This document shows positions 38,800-49,486 of a stretch of 64,000 bases of DNA, piece by piece; positions within the stretch are counted from its first letter, which is position 1, and every line of letters starts with the position of its first letter. The stretch comes from Chara braunii. Its lineage: Eukaryota > Plantae > Charophyceae. A model generated the notes under the pieces. It was not told where the DNA came from. It did no database searches and worked only from the letters and a program-made list of their open reading frames with translations. A program made the translations under genes and the position numbers. Location of the stretch: NCBI GenBank assembly GCA_003427395.1, contig BFEA01000003.1:5015886-5079885 (forward strand), given 5' to 3'.

Positions 38800-39899
38800 T
38801 CTGTTGCTACAGGAATCTGGAACGAAAGGTCATGAACTGCATACAAACACACATATAAACAACAATGGAACGACTAAGACTTCATACAAAAACGAACTTT
38901 TCGTTATGTGATGTACGACGTAGACCCGAGTTCATGTTTTTTGTTGTCTATCTGTTTCGCTATCAAAGCTGTCATCCACAATAGATAAACTGCAACCTTC
39001 GCGATGCAATTTTTTCCCTTCTCTGAGGCTTATTCCAACAACTTTAAACATCCTTAGGGCAACTGGCATTATAGATGGAAATGTCATGGGTGTAAGTCTT
39101 CTTCTCTTTTTTTTTGGCAATAACGGTAAAGTTGATAAGGCTTGCAAGCCACAACGAATGATATTCTTCTCACTCTGCCTTTGCGAACGTACGTGCGTCG
39201 TTTTCCACAATTATTTTCGTCGCCCTGCATGTTCATCAATATAAAACGATAATGATTGACAAGACAAAACCTTATGAGTTTAAGTTCAATTTTCCACATA
39301 ATTGCAAATAATAGATACACAATATTCTACTTCATCACCGAGCGTACGGTTGCAAACCTAGGCAAAAAATTAGTTCCTATGAGATGAGTGTATGTAATAT
39401 ACCCCCTAATCCGCATATAGTATTAGATATTCCCTAAGAGATAAGTACGTGCTCACCTCGGTGGCTCACTAACACTTTGTCTTCAACACAACCTTCAATC
39501 GCACCATGAGATGACGCAAAAGGAGATTCGTCGATAGATATCACGAGGTTAGCAGACTGTTGTGCTTCTGATTTTGCAAGCATAAGTTCAGGCTGCACAA
39601 GTGTATGTTGCTCCCGTGTACTTAGTACTATATGTCCTTCATCCTCTTCGATGACCCGTACATTGACAGTTTCCTTTGCACCTGCAGGCAGCAGTCGCGC
39701 TTTCATTCTTCATGTCCAGAGAGACTTCATGCTCATCTTTCTCAGATGGCATATCCAACGATGGCATCTCGAATTCTGCAAGTGCACCAGTATTATCCAC
39801 TTGTGTAGTAACACTCTCGCTCGCCAACACAGTGGTCGCCCAAACTTGGTCATCCGAAAGGACCTCCTCGACACATTTCGGCAGTTCTCCATGACTTAC

Positions 39900-40310
39900 G
39901 CCCTTAACGCTTGCACCGCCGCTTGCTCCCAAATCCTTGCCACTTGCATCGCCTCTCGATCCCGTGCCATGTGCACCGCCGCTTGGTCCTAATCCCAGAG
40001 GCGAACCCGATCCCCTGCAATGTGCACCGCTGCTTGGTCCTGATCCCAGAGGCAATCCCGATCCCTTGTCATGTGCACCGCCGCTTGGTCCTGATACCTT
40101 TCCCTCTATTGCTTGACGCCCTTGACACATTTCGTGTTTTTGCAGTTCACCAGAGTTATTGGCTTTCCACTTGCACCGACGCTCGGTCCCAGGCCCTTGC
40201 CACTGGCACCGCCCCGTAGTTCCGATCCCTTGCCATGTTCACCACCGCTTGATCTTGTTCCCTTGCCACGTGCATCGCCGCCTGATCCTGATCCCTTGCC
40301 ACGCGGATCG
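39900..40310. repeat. Coding tandem repeats (GPSGGAH..GSG)
   Basis: Repeated tgtgcaccgccgcttggtcc...gatcccttg units. Confidence 0.8.
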
Positions 40311-43300
40311 CCGCTCGCTCCTTTCCTTTCCCCAACTTTGTCTTGAAGTTCCTCTTCGATGCGCCAATTATATCCAAAAGCTGGACTTGTTTCTTTATCA
40401 TAGAACTCTTCCAGATACTCAAGCCATTGAGATATTTTGAACTCCGTAAAAGTTTCTTATCTCCTTGCATCCAGTCTTGATTGAGAAACCTTCAGATTAA
40501 GTCGCAGTAGTCGCTTGCCAATTTGATTTTTGGCGTGTGTGACAAACTTGGATTCTGGCATACGTCTGTGGAGGCAAAATTGTCACTTTCCTTCTTCTTT
40601 TATAGCCATTACCCAGTTCCCTCTCGCCAATGCAGGTTGGAAGTGGTGGGGGTGCCATATAATGTGATGACTCTATACGTCGCCAGGCATCACCGTATAA
40701 TCGTCTCGGCACACAATAGGTCCAGGGAAGCTGTGCAATGTCCGGAGGGATCCTGTCTCCAATCTCGTACTCCAAAGGCTTGGACGGAGGTTGTTGTGGA
40801 GTTTGAGAGCGTAGCAATTCCAAAACAACAGTCGGGCTATGTGCAAGTGCTGATAGACTTGCAATAATCTCTGGGGAGAGCATTGGTTGCACCCTCGGAC
40901 TCGGGCCATGTGCGAGTGCTGACATACTTGCAATAACCTTTAGGGAGAGCATTGCCCGCACCCTTGGATCATCCCGAACTGCGCCGGAAGGTAGCGCTGT
41001 TGTGTTGCCCGCCATGTGAGAAGGTTTAACTTGCACAAGAGAAGAAGTTGAGGGACGATTCGGTAATTGGCCCGTTGAAACTGCCATACTTGAAGCCTCT
41101 CCACAACCGGACGATGTGCCCGACGCACCCATCTTCTGCGAAGCCGAGCTACAAGTTTTTTGCCTCTCATCTGCGAAAGCCGCTTGCAAAGTACCATCTT
41201 CACTTTCTTCTTCTGAGTCCTCAGCATCAAAGCCTTCCCCAAAACAAGTTGCATAAGCTACGATTGTAAACGCCCCGATGTGTTCGTCGAAGTACATCAT
41301 CTCCAAACGGTCTAAAAATGTAACTTCCGTCTTCGTCGGTGTCTTATGATACCCCCTCAGAAGTGATTCCATTTTTCGCCTTCTGGCGACATATGCACGT
41401 TCCCCTCTGTTTTGTGGCTTAGTCTCGAAAAGGAACTCCCAAATGTTGACGATGTTTTGGCCGACTTTGTAGACGAGATCACGCCTTTCATCATGTTGAG
41501 GAGGCGGCTTAATAAATTTGGCGTAGTAACCTCCAGTCACGACCATCCTGTTGACGAATGAACGAGAAACTCGAACTTCATACCCTCCCCTTCCATAACA
41601 ATGCAATGACGGTGACTCTTTAACAACTCCCAAATCAACGCCGCATGACCTTTTCCCAAGAAAACAACCGCCTCATCCGCAGGACAAAAATGCTCCAATG
41701 TCTCCACCATCGCATTTGACTCCCTTTCCATACCTTTGTACACAAATTTCTCCTTTGGCTCCATACATGTCATTTTCAACTTCGTGGGCGTGAAGTTCTT
41801 CTCCACGACATCAGTCAACATCTTTGGCTTTCTCTCCCTGCGCACAAGTGCTGATAAGTCACCCGCCTGCTCGCCAGATGATCGATCTGCAACTGGAGTG
41901 CTTGCTGGAATGTCTTCAAGCAAGGGAATAGTGTTGCGGTGATAATCCCCATCGTTGGAGTACATGATGACAGCCATTCTGTCTGTGTCCTCCAAAGACA
42001 AGTTCGCAACCTTATATGAATGCTTCGCCTTCGTTTGTTGCTGATGAGTCCACTTTAGAATAGACAAGTGAATGTCCCAACGTGTAACTCGCTTGAAAAA
42101 TGTAAACTCGCAAGACCGCGGAACGAAGCACAATAATGTCCAATAATCACCACTCAGTTTTCCCATGAACTTCCATAGACCATGAAAGACTTCTTCAGTC
42201 CACATTCCCATCTGGGTTGAGTGACACAAATCCAGCACGGCCGTGTGGCAACTCAGATGTTTGACAACTCTATATATTTCCTTGGAATCCATTTCGTCTG
42301 AAATATCGCCTGGCTCTCATTGGAACGGGACGAAAACATACTTCACGTTCTGTTTTTGGAAATGTATATATTTTGCTGTGTCCGACATTCTTATGCTTTG
42401 CGAACCCCTGGTTTCTGATCTGCGCAGCAGCTTGTTGACAATAACACGTAGGGCCCGAGGGCGTTGGACCACTGGCCGCTCCATTGAGTAGTAAGGGACA
42501 TGTCAACCAAATGATTAATCCTGGTCAAACGAAGAGTCTCTCCTGCAAACTTTCTATAATCTGTATTTTTCACTTCCGCCGCAGAGCCGCCTTTAGCTTC
42601 ATGACAGTTCGATACGTACCACAACTTCCGTATGTTCTGGATGACCACGATCTGGTGCGGTGGGGTATTCCATTTGTCCTTCGCGTTCTGGAAAGTGCTC
42701 AGCGTGCCGTAATTGTCCATGCTCTTACCCGGATAGTAAACAGGCCTCGCAGTCCAGCGATCCAATCGGAGTTCTTGTGCGATGCCAGGGCATTCAACAA
42801 AACACCTTCTTGCCGTCGCCACGTTATGCTGACCGCTGAGAGGGTAGTAGTAGTACTTGTTCACAGAGCCGAGGTCGAATTCATTGGGCAACACCCTCCT
42901 TGCTCTCACAATCCTCCTTGAAGTGTCAGTATGCATTGTATCATGGAGGGCAACCAACAAAAGGACAGGCTTTTCATACAATGTACAAACATTTACACCG
43001 GCAGTTCCAATCGTTCTCTCTCTGATAGCAGCCTCACCCGATGCAACCATTGCGTCATAAATGTCATCAATCGTCTGTTGCACAAGATAGTGTTGATTGT
43101 ATCTGAATTCCCCGTCGGGGATATCCAGAATTCTGTCGAACTTGACATAAATGAATTCCATATCTGGACACTGGTTCCCATGCTCGTCCAACTCAAGGAA
43201 GAAGCCTTTGTTGAGAACACCAGAAGAAGTCTCCGATGATACATTTCGCAAACTTGGCGGCCTATTAACTGTCTTGCCTTCGGCCTCTTCATCCGATTGT

Positions 43301-43569
43301 GGTTGTTCTGCTGGAAAAACGGAAGTCTTTTCCATGACACCACCCTTTGCCGTTTTTTTCTTTGGCTGCTGCTTTTTCTTCGTGGCTGCCTCAGTCTCCC
43401 GTGTGCGCTGGACCGCCTCATCCACGGGCAATAGTTTCAATTGTCTTTTCTGACCCGCTTCCTGCTTACTCCGTTTACTATCCAAAGCACTTCCCCTCTC
43501 CTGCCTGTGCTTCCTCTTTCGCTCGGCGAGCCTTGCAGCATCTGTATGCGCAGTCACAACCACTGTCTC

Positions 43570-43917
43570 GTGGTGCACCCCCCCTCGTGTTGGATGCACA
43601 TCTGCCTCACATCCTTCGTTGTTGCCCCCATATCCCCCTACCATACCAACCTCTCCACCCAATTCGTTGATAGTGTGCTCAGTGTCTTCATCCTGTCCAA
43701 CCACTTTACTTGTTTCCCCATAGCGCCTCGTCATGTCACCGACGTGGTGCACCCCCCCTCATGTTGGATGCACATCCGCCTCACATCCTTCGTCGCTGCC
43801 CCCATATCCCCCTGCCAGACCAACCTCTCCACCCAATTCGCTGATAGTGTGCTCAGTGTCTTCATCTTGTCCAACCACTTTACTTGTTTCCCCATAGCGT
43901 CTCGTTATGTCACCGAC
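43570..43917. repeat. ~174-bp tandem duplication in the cargo gene
   Basis: gtggtgcacccccc..tggatgcacatc...tttcccatagcg..tcg.tatgtcaccgac occurs twice. Confidence 0.85.
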
Positions 43918-45194
43918 ACCCACCGCATACTGTTCCTGTCCTCCTGCTCATTCTGAATATTCCTCGCCGTTCTCGTCATCATCATCCGAGTCTTCAAAAT
44001 ATTCATGGGCTTCCTCTGTGCGGCTTGGCACAGTGTAGTCGCAGCGCTGCTGGCCCACCAAGGGGAGAGGTCCCTTGGTGGCTGCTGCATAGCGCGGTTG
44101 GCTGCCCAAGGCAACTGGTGCTTTGGTTGCCGTTGGCCTGGACGTCACAGGGGCTGACGGCACGATCAGTCCGCGGTACGGACCCTTCTCTCCAATCTGC
44201 CCAGCTTTCGGACTCGGCGGTGTGTCGCGGATCGTGATCGAAGGCCCAGTCTCCACGGTTAGCACGCATTTAGGCTCCGGTATGCGGTCTTTTGGATGCA
44301 CAACCGGCTCTTCGCCCGCGATTACATTACTGTCGAAAAACCCGAGGACGTCGTCGAGCTCAGGCAACTTCACTTTCGTACTCTCTGGTGTGTTGAATAC
44401 ATCAACGAGCGACTTGCCATATCCTGCGTGTTTGGCCCATCGAAGAGCGACGTGTTTAACATTCGACATCCTTTCCCCTCTTCCATTCAGGACCATCGTC
44501 AACTCGAACATTGCAGACGAAGCATCTTGTCCAGTCCACCTCACCAGACCGCCAACCAGCACAATACTTTCTTTATGACCACGTATAGAACAAGGCCACT
44601 CGATGGTTCTTCGATCTCCCCCACCCAGTCCAACATCTAGAACTTGTCCTTGTGATCAACCACGGGCACATCGTCCCGCCGACCCGCGGTAGTCGTTTCA
44701 CCAGACGGTTTATGTCCGAGCACAACGTCCACTGCAGATCTTCCCTGCCGAGGACCAGGCATACGTTCCTGACCCGCAGACCCGCCAGTCATCAACACAG
44801 CCTTATCCGGAACACGAGTCGACGGAGTGTTTGTGGAAGGTGCACCCCTCGGAACCGGAGTGCCTGTGGAAGGCCCAGTCCGTGGAACCAGAGTGCCTGT
44901 GGAAGGTGCAACCCGCAGAACCGGGGTGCGTCGACTCTTAGTTCCCGGTGTCTCCTGACTCCCCCCTCCAGCGGTCGGTGTCCCCTTCGATTTCTTCGGA
45001 GATTGGTCCATGCTCCCAAAACTCTTACTTGCTCGTCATTTACTTGCCTTCCCCTCTCGTTCCATGTTTTGCATCGTTGCCGAATCTGAAAGCAACACAA
45101 CACATCACCGCAAAGCCAAATATCAGAAGGTCGCCCAACATTGGCATGGCACGACGAGTAGAAAAGTGAAACGTTTTAGATAGTGGTAAGGCAG

Positions 45195-45525
45195 TGCAGC
45201 TCGATCGTGGCAAGGCAGCCCCGGAGACGGAGTTCGAATCGACCACGATCGTGTTCAATTCAACCGCGATCGTGCTCGCCTGGACTCGACCGTGTTCGAC
45301 GCGACCGTGTTCGTGTTCGACTCGATCGTGTTCGACTCGATCGTGACGGGCCAGCTCGATCGTGTTCAACTCGATCGTGGTGGGCCAGCGTGACCCAAAA
45401 GATCGTGATCGTGGCGGGCCATGACCCAGCTCGATCGAGTTCGACTCGAACGTGGCGGGCCAGCGCGACCCTCGAGGCCAGCTCGATCGTGTTCGACTCG
45501 ATCGTTGCTGGCCATCGTGATCAAT
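45195..45525. repeat. Array 1 of CpG-rich pseudo-palindromes
   Basis: Repeated tcgatcgtgttcgactcgatcg variants. Confidence 0.85.
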
Positions 45526-45562
45526 CGAGGCACACTGCAGCCGGCTATCAACAAATGCACCG

Positions 45563-45900
45563 CTATCAATTCAGAATTCAAAGCCTACATCCATTATCAA
45601 TGCCAAGCATTCAATTGGCAACGCATGCAATCGACACCCACAACGAGCGNCAATTCAGAATTCAAAGCCTACATCCATTATCAATGCCAAGCATTCAATT
45701 GGCAACGCATGCAATCGACACCCACAACGAGCGATACACAGTCTCTACGCATGTAATCGACATCGACCGATGCACCGCAATCAATTCAAAATTCAAAGCC
45801 TATATCCATTATCAATTCGAAGCATTCAATTGGCAACGCATGCAATCGGCACCCACAACGAGCGACACACAGTCTCAACGCATGTAATCGACATCGACAA
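45563..45900. repeat. Three tandem copies of an ~80-115-bp unit
   Basis: caattcagaattcaaagcctacatccattatcaatgccaagcattcaattggcaacgcatgcaatcgacacccacaacgagcg x3; one junction has an N, so this may be partly an assembly artefact. Confidence 0.8.
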
Positions 45901-46013
45901 TCTCACATCAAACTTACTGCTCCCATAACATACATAGTCTCAGTTCACACTCTTGCTGAATAGCTCACATTTCTTACACTGTTCATCTCCCACGACCTCT
46001 CCCACGACCTCGT

Positions 46014-46889
46014 CTATCGTTTAGCCCTGAAACCGTACAGTGCGTCCAGGGATGAACCGTACGTCAGGAGCTGGGGACTAGACAGGGTAGCAGTGGCGGA
46101 GAAGCGAGACACGTATCGCACTCGGACGAAACCACATGTTCTGGCTAAAGTGTGACCGATGGCGTCTCGAATGACCGTCACGTACTCCTCGACCTTCTCC
46201 CAATGCCGGGGTGCGTCAACCAGCCCCGCCAATTTCACGTCAAACTTACCGTTCCTATAACCATGCGGTACCAAAATCGTGTCCCCGTCAACGATGAGCT
46301 CGTTTCTGGACACGTAAATAGCTGCCTCCGCTGAAGTCTTACTTCTATTTCTTACCGAAACACACAGAACCCTAGCGAAAGGGAAACGATAGAGTTCAAC
46401 ATGCACGCAGTAGTACGACACACTCCCCGTCAAGTTGTCCTCGAAGGGAAGGGGATATTTCTCTAGAAACTGGTTGTATTTCGCACAATCCAGCAACTCC
46501 TCCTTCATCGATGGTCCCCACAAGCGCGGCGAACACGACACGTTGTGCGCACTCAACGATAAAGACAAGCCTCGGGTACAAAATGCTGCAGACAACCTCG
46601 ACGTGTGTTTCGTCACGAGGATGTGGTCGAGGAAGATGAATGTCCCCCATTCCTGGCTGGAGACAAGTCGATAATCAGACGCCCATGGGCAGTCTTTCAT
46701 GGTGTTCTCCCAGTCTAACTCGGACCATGCATCAAAAGGCCTGTCAAACCAGGGCACAACGCTCATCCAAGGGTCTGATTCGAAGTCATCTCTTCGAGCC
46801 CCAAGTACAGTAGTCGCCTCCCTTGAACCCCGCATGTACGACGCACTAGCATTCAAAGGGAACGAGTAATCGAACCAGTGATCCATCGC
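46014..46889 (-). CDS. Orphan ORF inside the transposon (~290 aa from MDHWFDY)
   Basis: Uninterrupted, compositionally globular ORF; the track ORF extends to 47123. No family recognised. Confidence 0.55.
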   Translation of the reverse strand, partial: AMDHWFDYSFPLNASASYMRGSREATTVLGARRDDFESDPWMSVVPWFDRPFDAWSELDWENTMKDCPWASDYRLVSSQEWGTFIFLDHILVTKHTSRLSAAFCTRGLSLSLSAHNVSCSPRLWGPSMKEELLDCAKYNQFLEKYPLPFEDNLTGSVSYYCVHVELYRFPFARVLCVSVRNRSKTSAEAAIYVSRNELIVDGDTILVPHGYRNGKFDVKLAGLVDAPRHWEKVEEYVTVIRDAIGHTLARTCGFVRVRYVSRFSATATLSSPQLLTYGSSLDALYGFRAKR

Positions 46890-47079
46890 GAATGTCCTAC
46901 ACACACAAACGATTGACGACCACAACAAACACTCAGGGAACGAGAGAGCCATTGCTAAGGTCGAACCAATGTCACACACACAACAAGGACCCGTCGCAGT
47001 CGCGAAAGTCGTACACACAACAAGGAGCCATTGCGAATGTCCAATACAGAAGGAGAAGACACACAGAACGACAAGCGAG

Positions 47080-47572
47080 GCGAACTCGACGGCCATCGTT
47101 GTGTTCGTCTCGACAAAGGCCATCGGCGCCTATCCATCGTCGAGTTCGAATCGACGACGGCCAAGGCCAGACGGCCGTCATCGAGTTCGAATCGACAACA
47201 GCCCAGCATCAAGACCTCTGGCCACTGTCGAGTCAAATCCTGACGCCCACCGCCAAGGCCTCTGGCCATTGTCGAGTCGAACTCGACGACGGATGAATCG
47301 ACAACAGTGGCCAGACGGCCGTCGTTGAGTTCGACTCGACAGTGGTCAGACGGCCGTCGTCGAGTTCGACTCGACAGTGGCCAGATGGTCGTCATCGAGT
47401 CGAACTCGACGGTCGGCCAGCGCCAAGGCCTCTGGCCATTGTCGAGTCCGACTCGACGATGCCCGCAGGTCGTTGTCGAGTTCGACTCGACCGAAGGCCG
47501 TTGTCAAGTTTGACTCGACGATGGCCATAGGCCTTGGCGCTGGTCCACCGTCGAGTTCGACTCGACGACGGC
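47080..47572. repeat. Array 2 of pseudo-palindromes GTCGAGTTCGACTCGAC
   Basis: Example at 47359-47375; more than ten variant copies in both orientations. Confidence 0.9.
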
Positions 47573-48629
47573 CTCTGCGAGGGCGGAAATGCCACGTGGC
47601 AGCACGTGGTTGCTTCACGGGGGTTTACCGTTCTCCCAGGTCTCCGCTGCTGCCTTCGATGCGAATGCTCGGAACTTCGCTCCGATGCTGCGCAAACCTC
47701 CAATGTGCGAGTGGGAGCTCCGTTGCATTCTGCGCAAGCCTCCGATGTGCGAGTGAGCACTCCGCCGGGCTCGGACGATGCGCGCGAACCTCCCCAGCGC
47801 TCTGTCGTTCTCGACAAACTTCCAGAAATGGAAAATGGTGGGCCCACACCACTATTTGTACTTTCTGTGGAGGGCAGAATGGACGCTCGGCACAGCCGTC
47901 CGATCGCGAGATCTTGACGGTTGGGGTGTCCGGCAGTGCGGCCTGCGGGGTGTGGATTCGGGTCCCGGTGCCGCGGGGGAATCGGTGCCGCGGGAGCAAC
48001 GTTTCGGGTCCAGGGAAAGTCTGGGCCGTCGATCCGTCAGCTGAGGGCCAGGATCTGGTACGGGGAAAACCGGTGCCGCGGGGAGAATCGGTGCCAAGGG
48101 GGCGACGATTCGACTGTCGGTGCCTTCCGCGACTGTTTAAACGGGCTCCGCAGGTGGATCCAAGGGTCTTTTTCCTTGCGTCGCTCCCCGAGAAAAGTAC
48201 CGGTGCAGTGTCACCTTCGCGTCGACACGACAGACAGCTGCATTGCTCCGCCACGGTAGCCGCGTTGCTGCTCCAATTCGTGCCTTCTTTGACCCAGGTG
48301 AGTTCAGAATCCACACCGCCCCCNNNNNNNNNNNNNNNNNNNNNNNNNNNNNNNNNNNNNNNNNNNNNNNNNNNNNNNNNNNNNNNNNNNNNNNNNNNNN
48401 NNNNNNNNNNNNNNNNNNNNNNNNNNNNNNNNNNNNNNNNNNNNNNNNNNNNNNNNNNNNNNNNNNNNNNNNNNNNNNNNNNNNNNNNNNNNNNNNNNNN
48501 NNNNNNNNNNNNNNNNNNNNNNNNNNNNNNNNNNNNNNNNNNNNNNNNNNNNNNNNCCCCCCCCCTCCCTTTCGTCATTTGTGGTTTTTCAGGACGGCAA
48601 CAAAATTTCTCCGACAGTTCACAGAGGCG

Positions 48630-49260
48630 TCCATCATCGACTCCGACACGACGACCGTTGTGTTCAACACGATGACGGACGAGCATGGACATGTTCACCA
48701 CGTGTTGAACACGACCCCACCGTCGTGTTCAACACGATGACGGTCGCTGTCATCGTGTTGAACACGACCACGGTGGCTCGCCACGACCACGCAGTCGTGT
48801 TCAATACGATGACGGTCGTGTTCGACACGATGACGGTCACTGTCGTAGTGTTGAACTCGACCGCGGTGGCTCGCCGTCGTGCCGGTGATCGTGTTCAACA
48901 CGATGACGGTCGAGCGCAGACATGTTCACCTAGAAAGCACCGTCGTGTTCAACACGACCACGGTCGCTCATCGTCGTCTTCGACACGACCATGGTGGCTG
49001 TCGTGCAGAGACGGGTATCGAGCGCGACATAACGACGGTCGAGCGCGGAGATGTTGAACATGACCACGCCGTCGTGTTGAACACGATGACGGTGGCAGTC
49101 ACCACGTGCGCCTGTCGTGTTGTGCAATGCGATGATGCGTCGTCGTGTTCAACACGAACGCGGCGGCAAATCATCGTGTTCAACACGACAGCCGGCGACT
49201 GTTCAACACGACATCCGTCGTCGTATTCAACACACAGTCGGTCGACGTGTTCGAGTCGGT
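48630..49260. repeat. Array 3 of pseudo-palindromes GTCGTGTTCAACACGAC
   Basis: Example at 48942-48958; more than ten variant copies. Confidence 0.9.
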
Positions 49261-49486
49261 CGCCATGTCTCTCGTGCATCGCTTCTGTTGCAGACTGTGT
49301 TTTTTTTTTCCGCCTTCACGGGGCTGATCTTTTACATCAGCTGTGTGTGGCTAGCAGTGGCCGCGCTATACCACATGTGTTGCACTCTATATATACCGCA
49401 TGTGATCCATCTAGTTGTGGATTTGTTACTGATATACATGTTTTGTGCCAGTGGTCCACTGTTTTGTCATCGCAGAAACGTTTTAA

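Larger units (their letters stand above)
39434..45011 (-). pseudogene. Large frameshifted cargo gene: unknown N-terminal domain, ParB/Srx-like, MTase-like, low-complexity regions; probably spliced to the Ulp1 exon
   Basis: Co-oriented overlapping ORFs 44637-45011, 43948-44562, 42391-43752, 41537-42292, 40497-41633, 39639-40130 and 39434-39706. Possible GT..AG intron at 39456-39225. Confidence 0.65.

Noticed and set aside
47377-48701. 432-aa and 358-aa ORFs (also 45183-45887 and 48879-49625)
   Set aside because: Stop-poor GC-rich repeat arrays plus an N gap; translations are low-complexity.
47080-49260. Palindrome arrays as a CRISPR array
   Set aside because: Variable repeats in mixed orientation, irregular short spacers that resemble each other, no cas genes, eukaryotic context.
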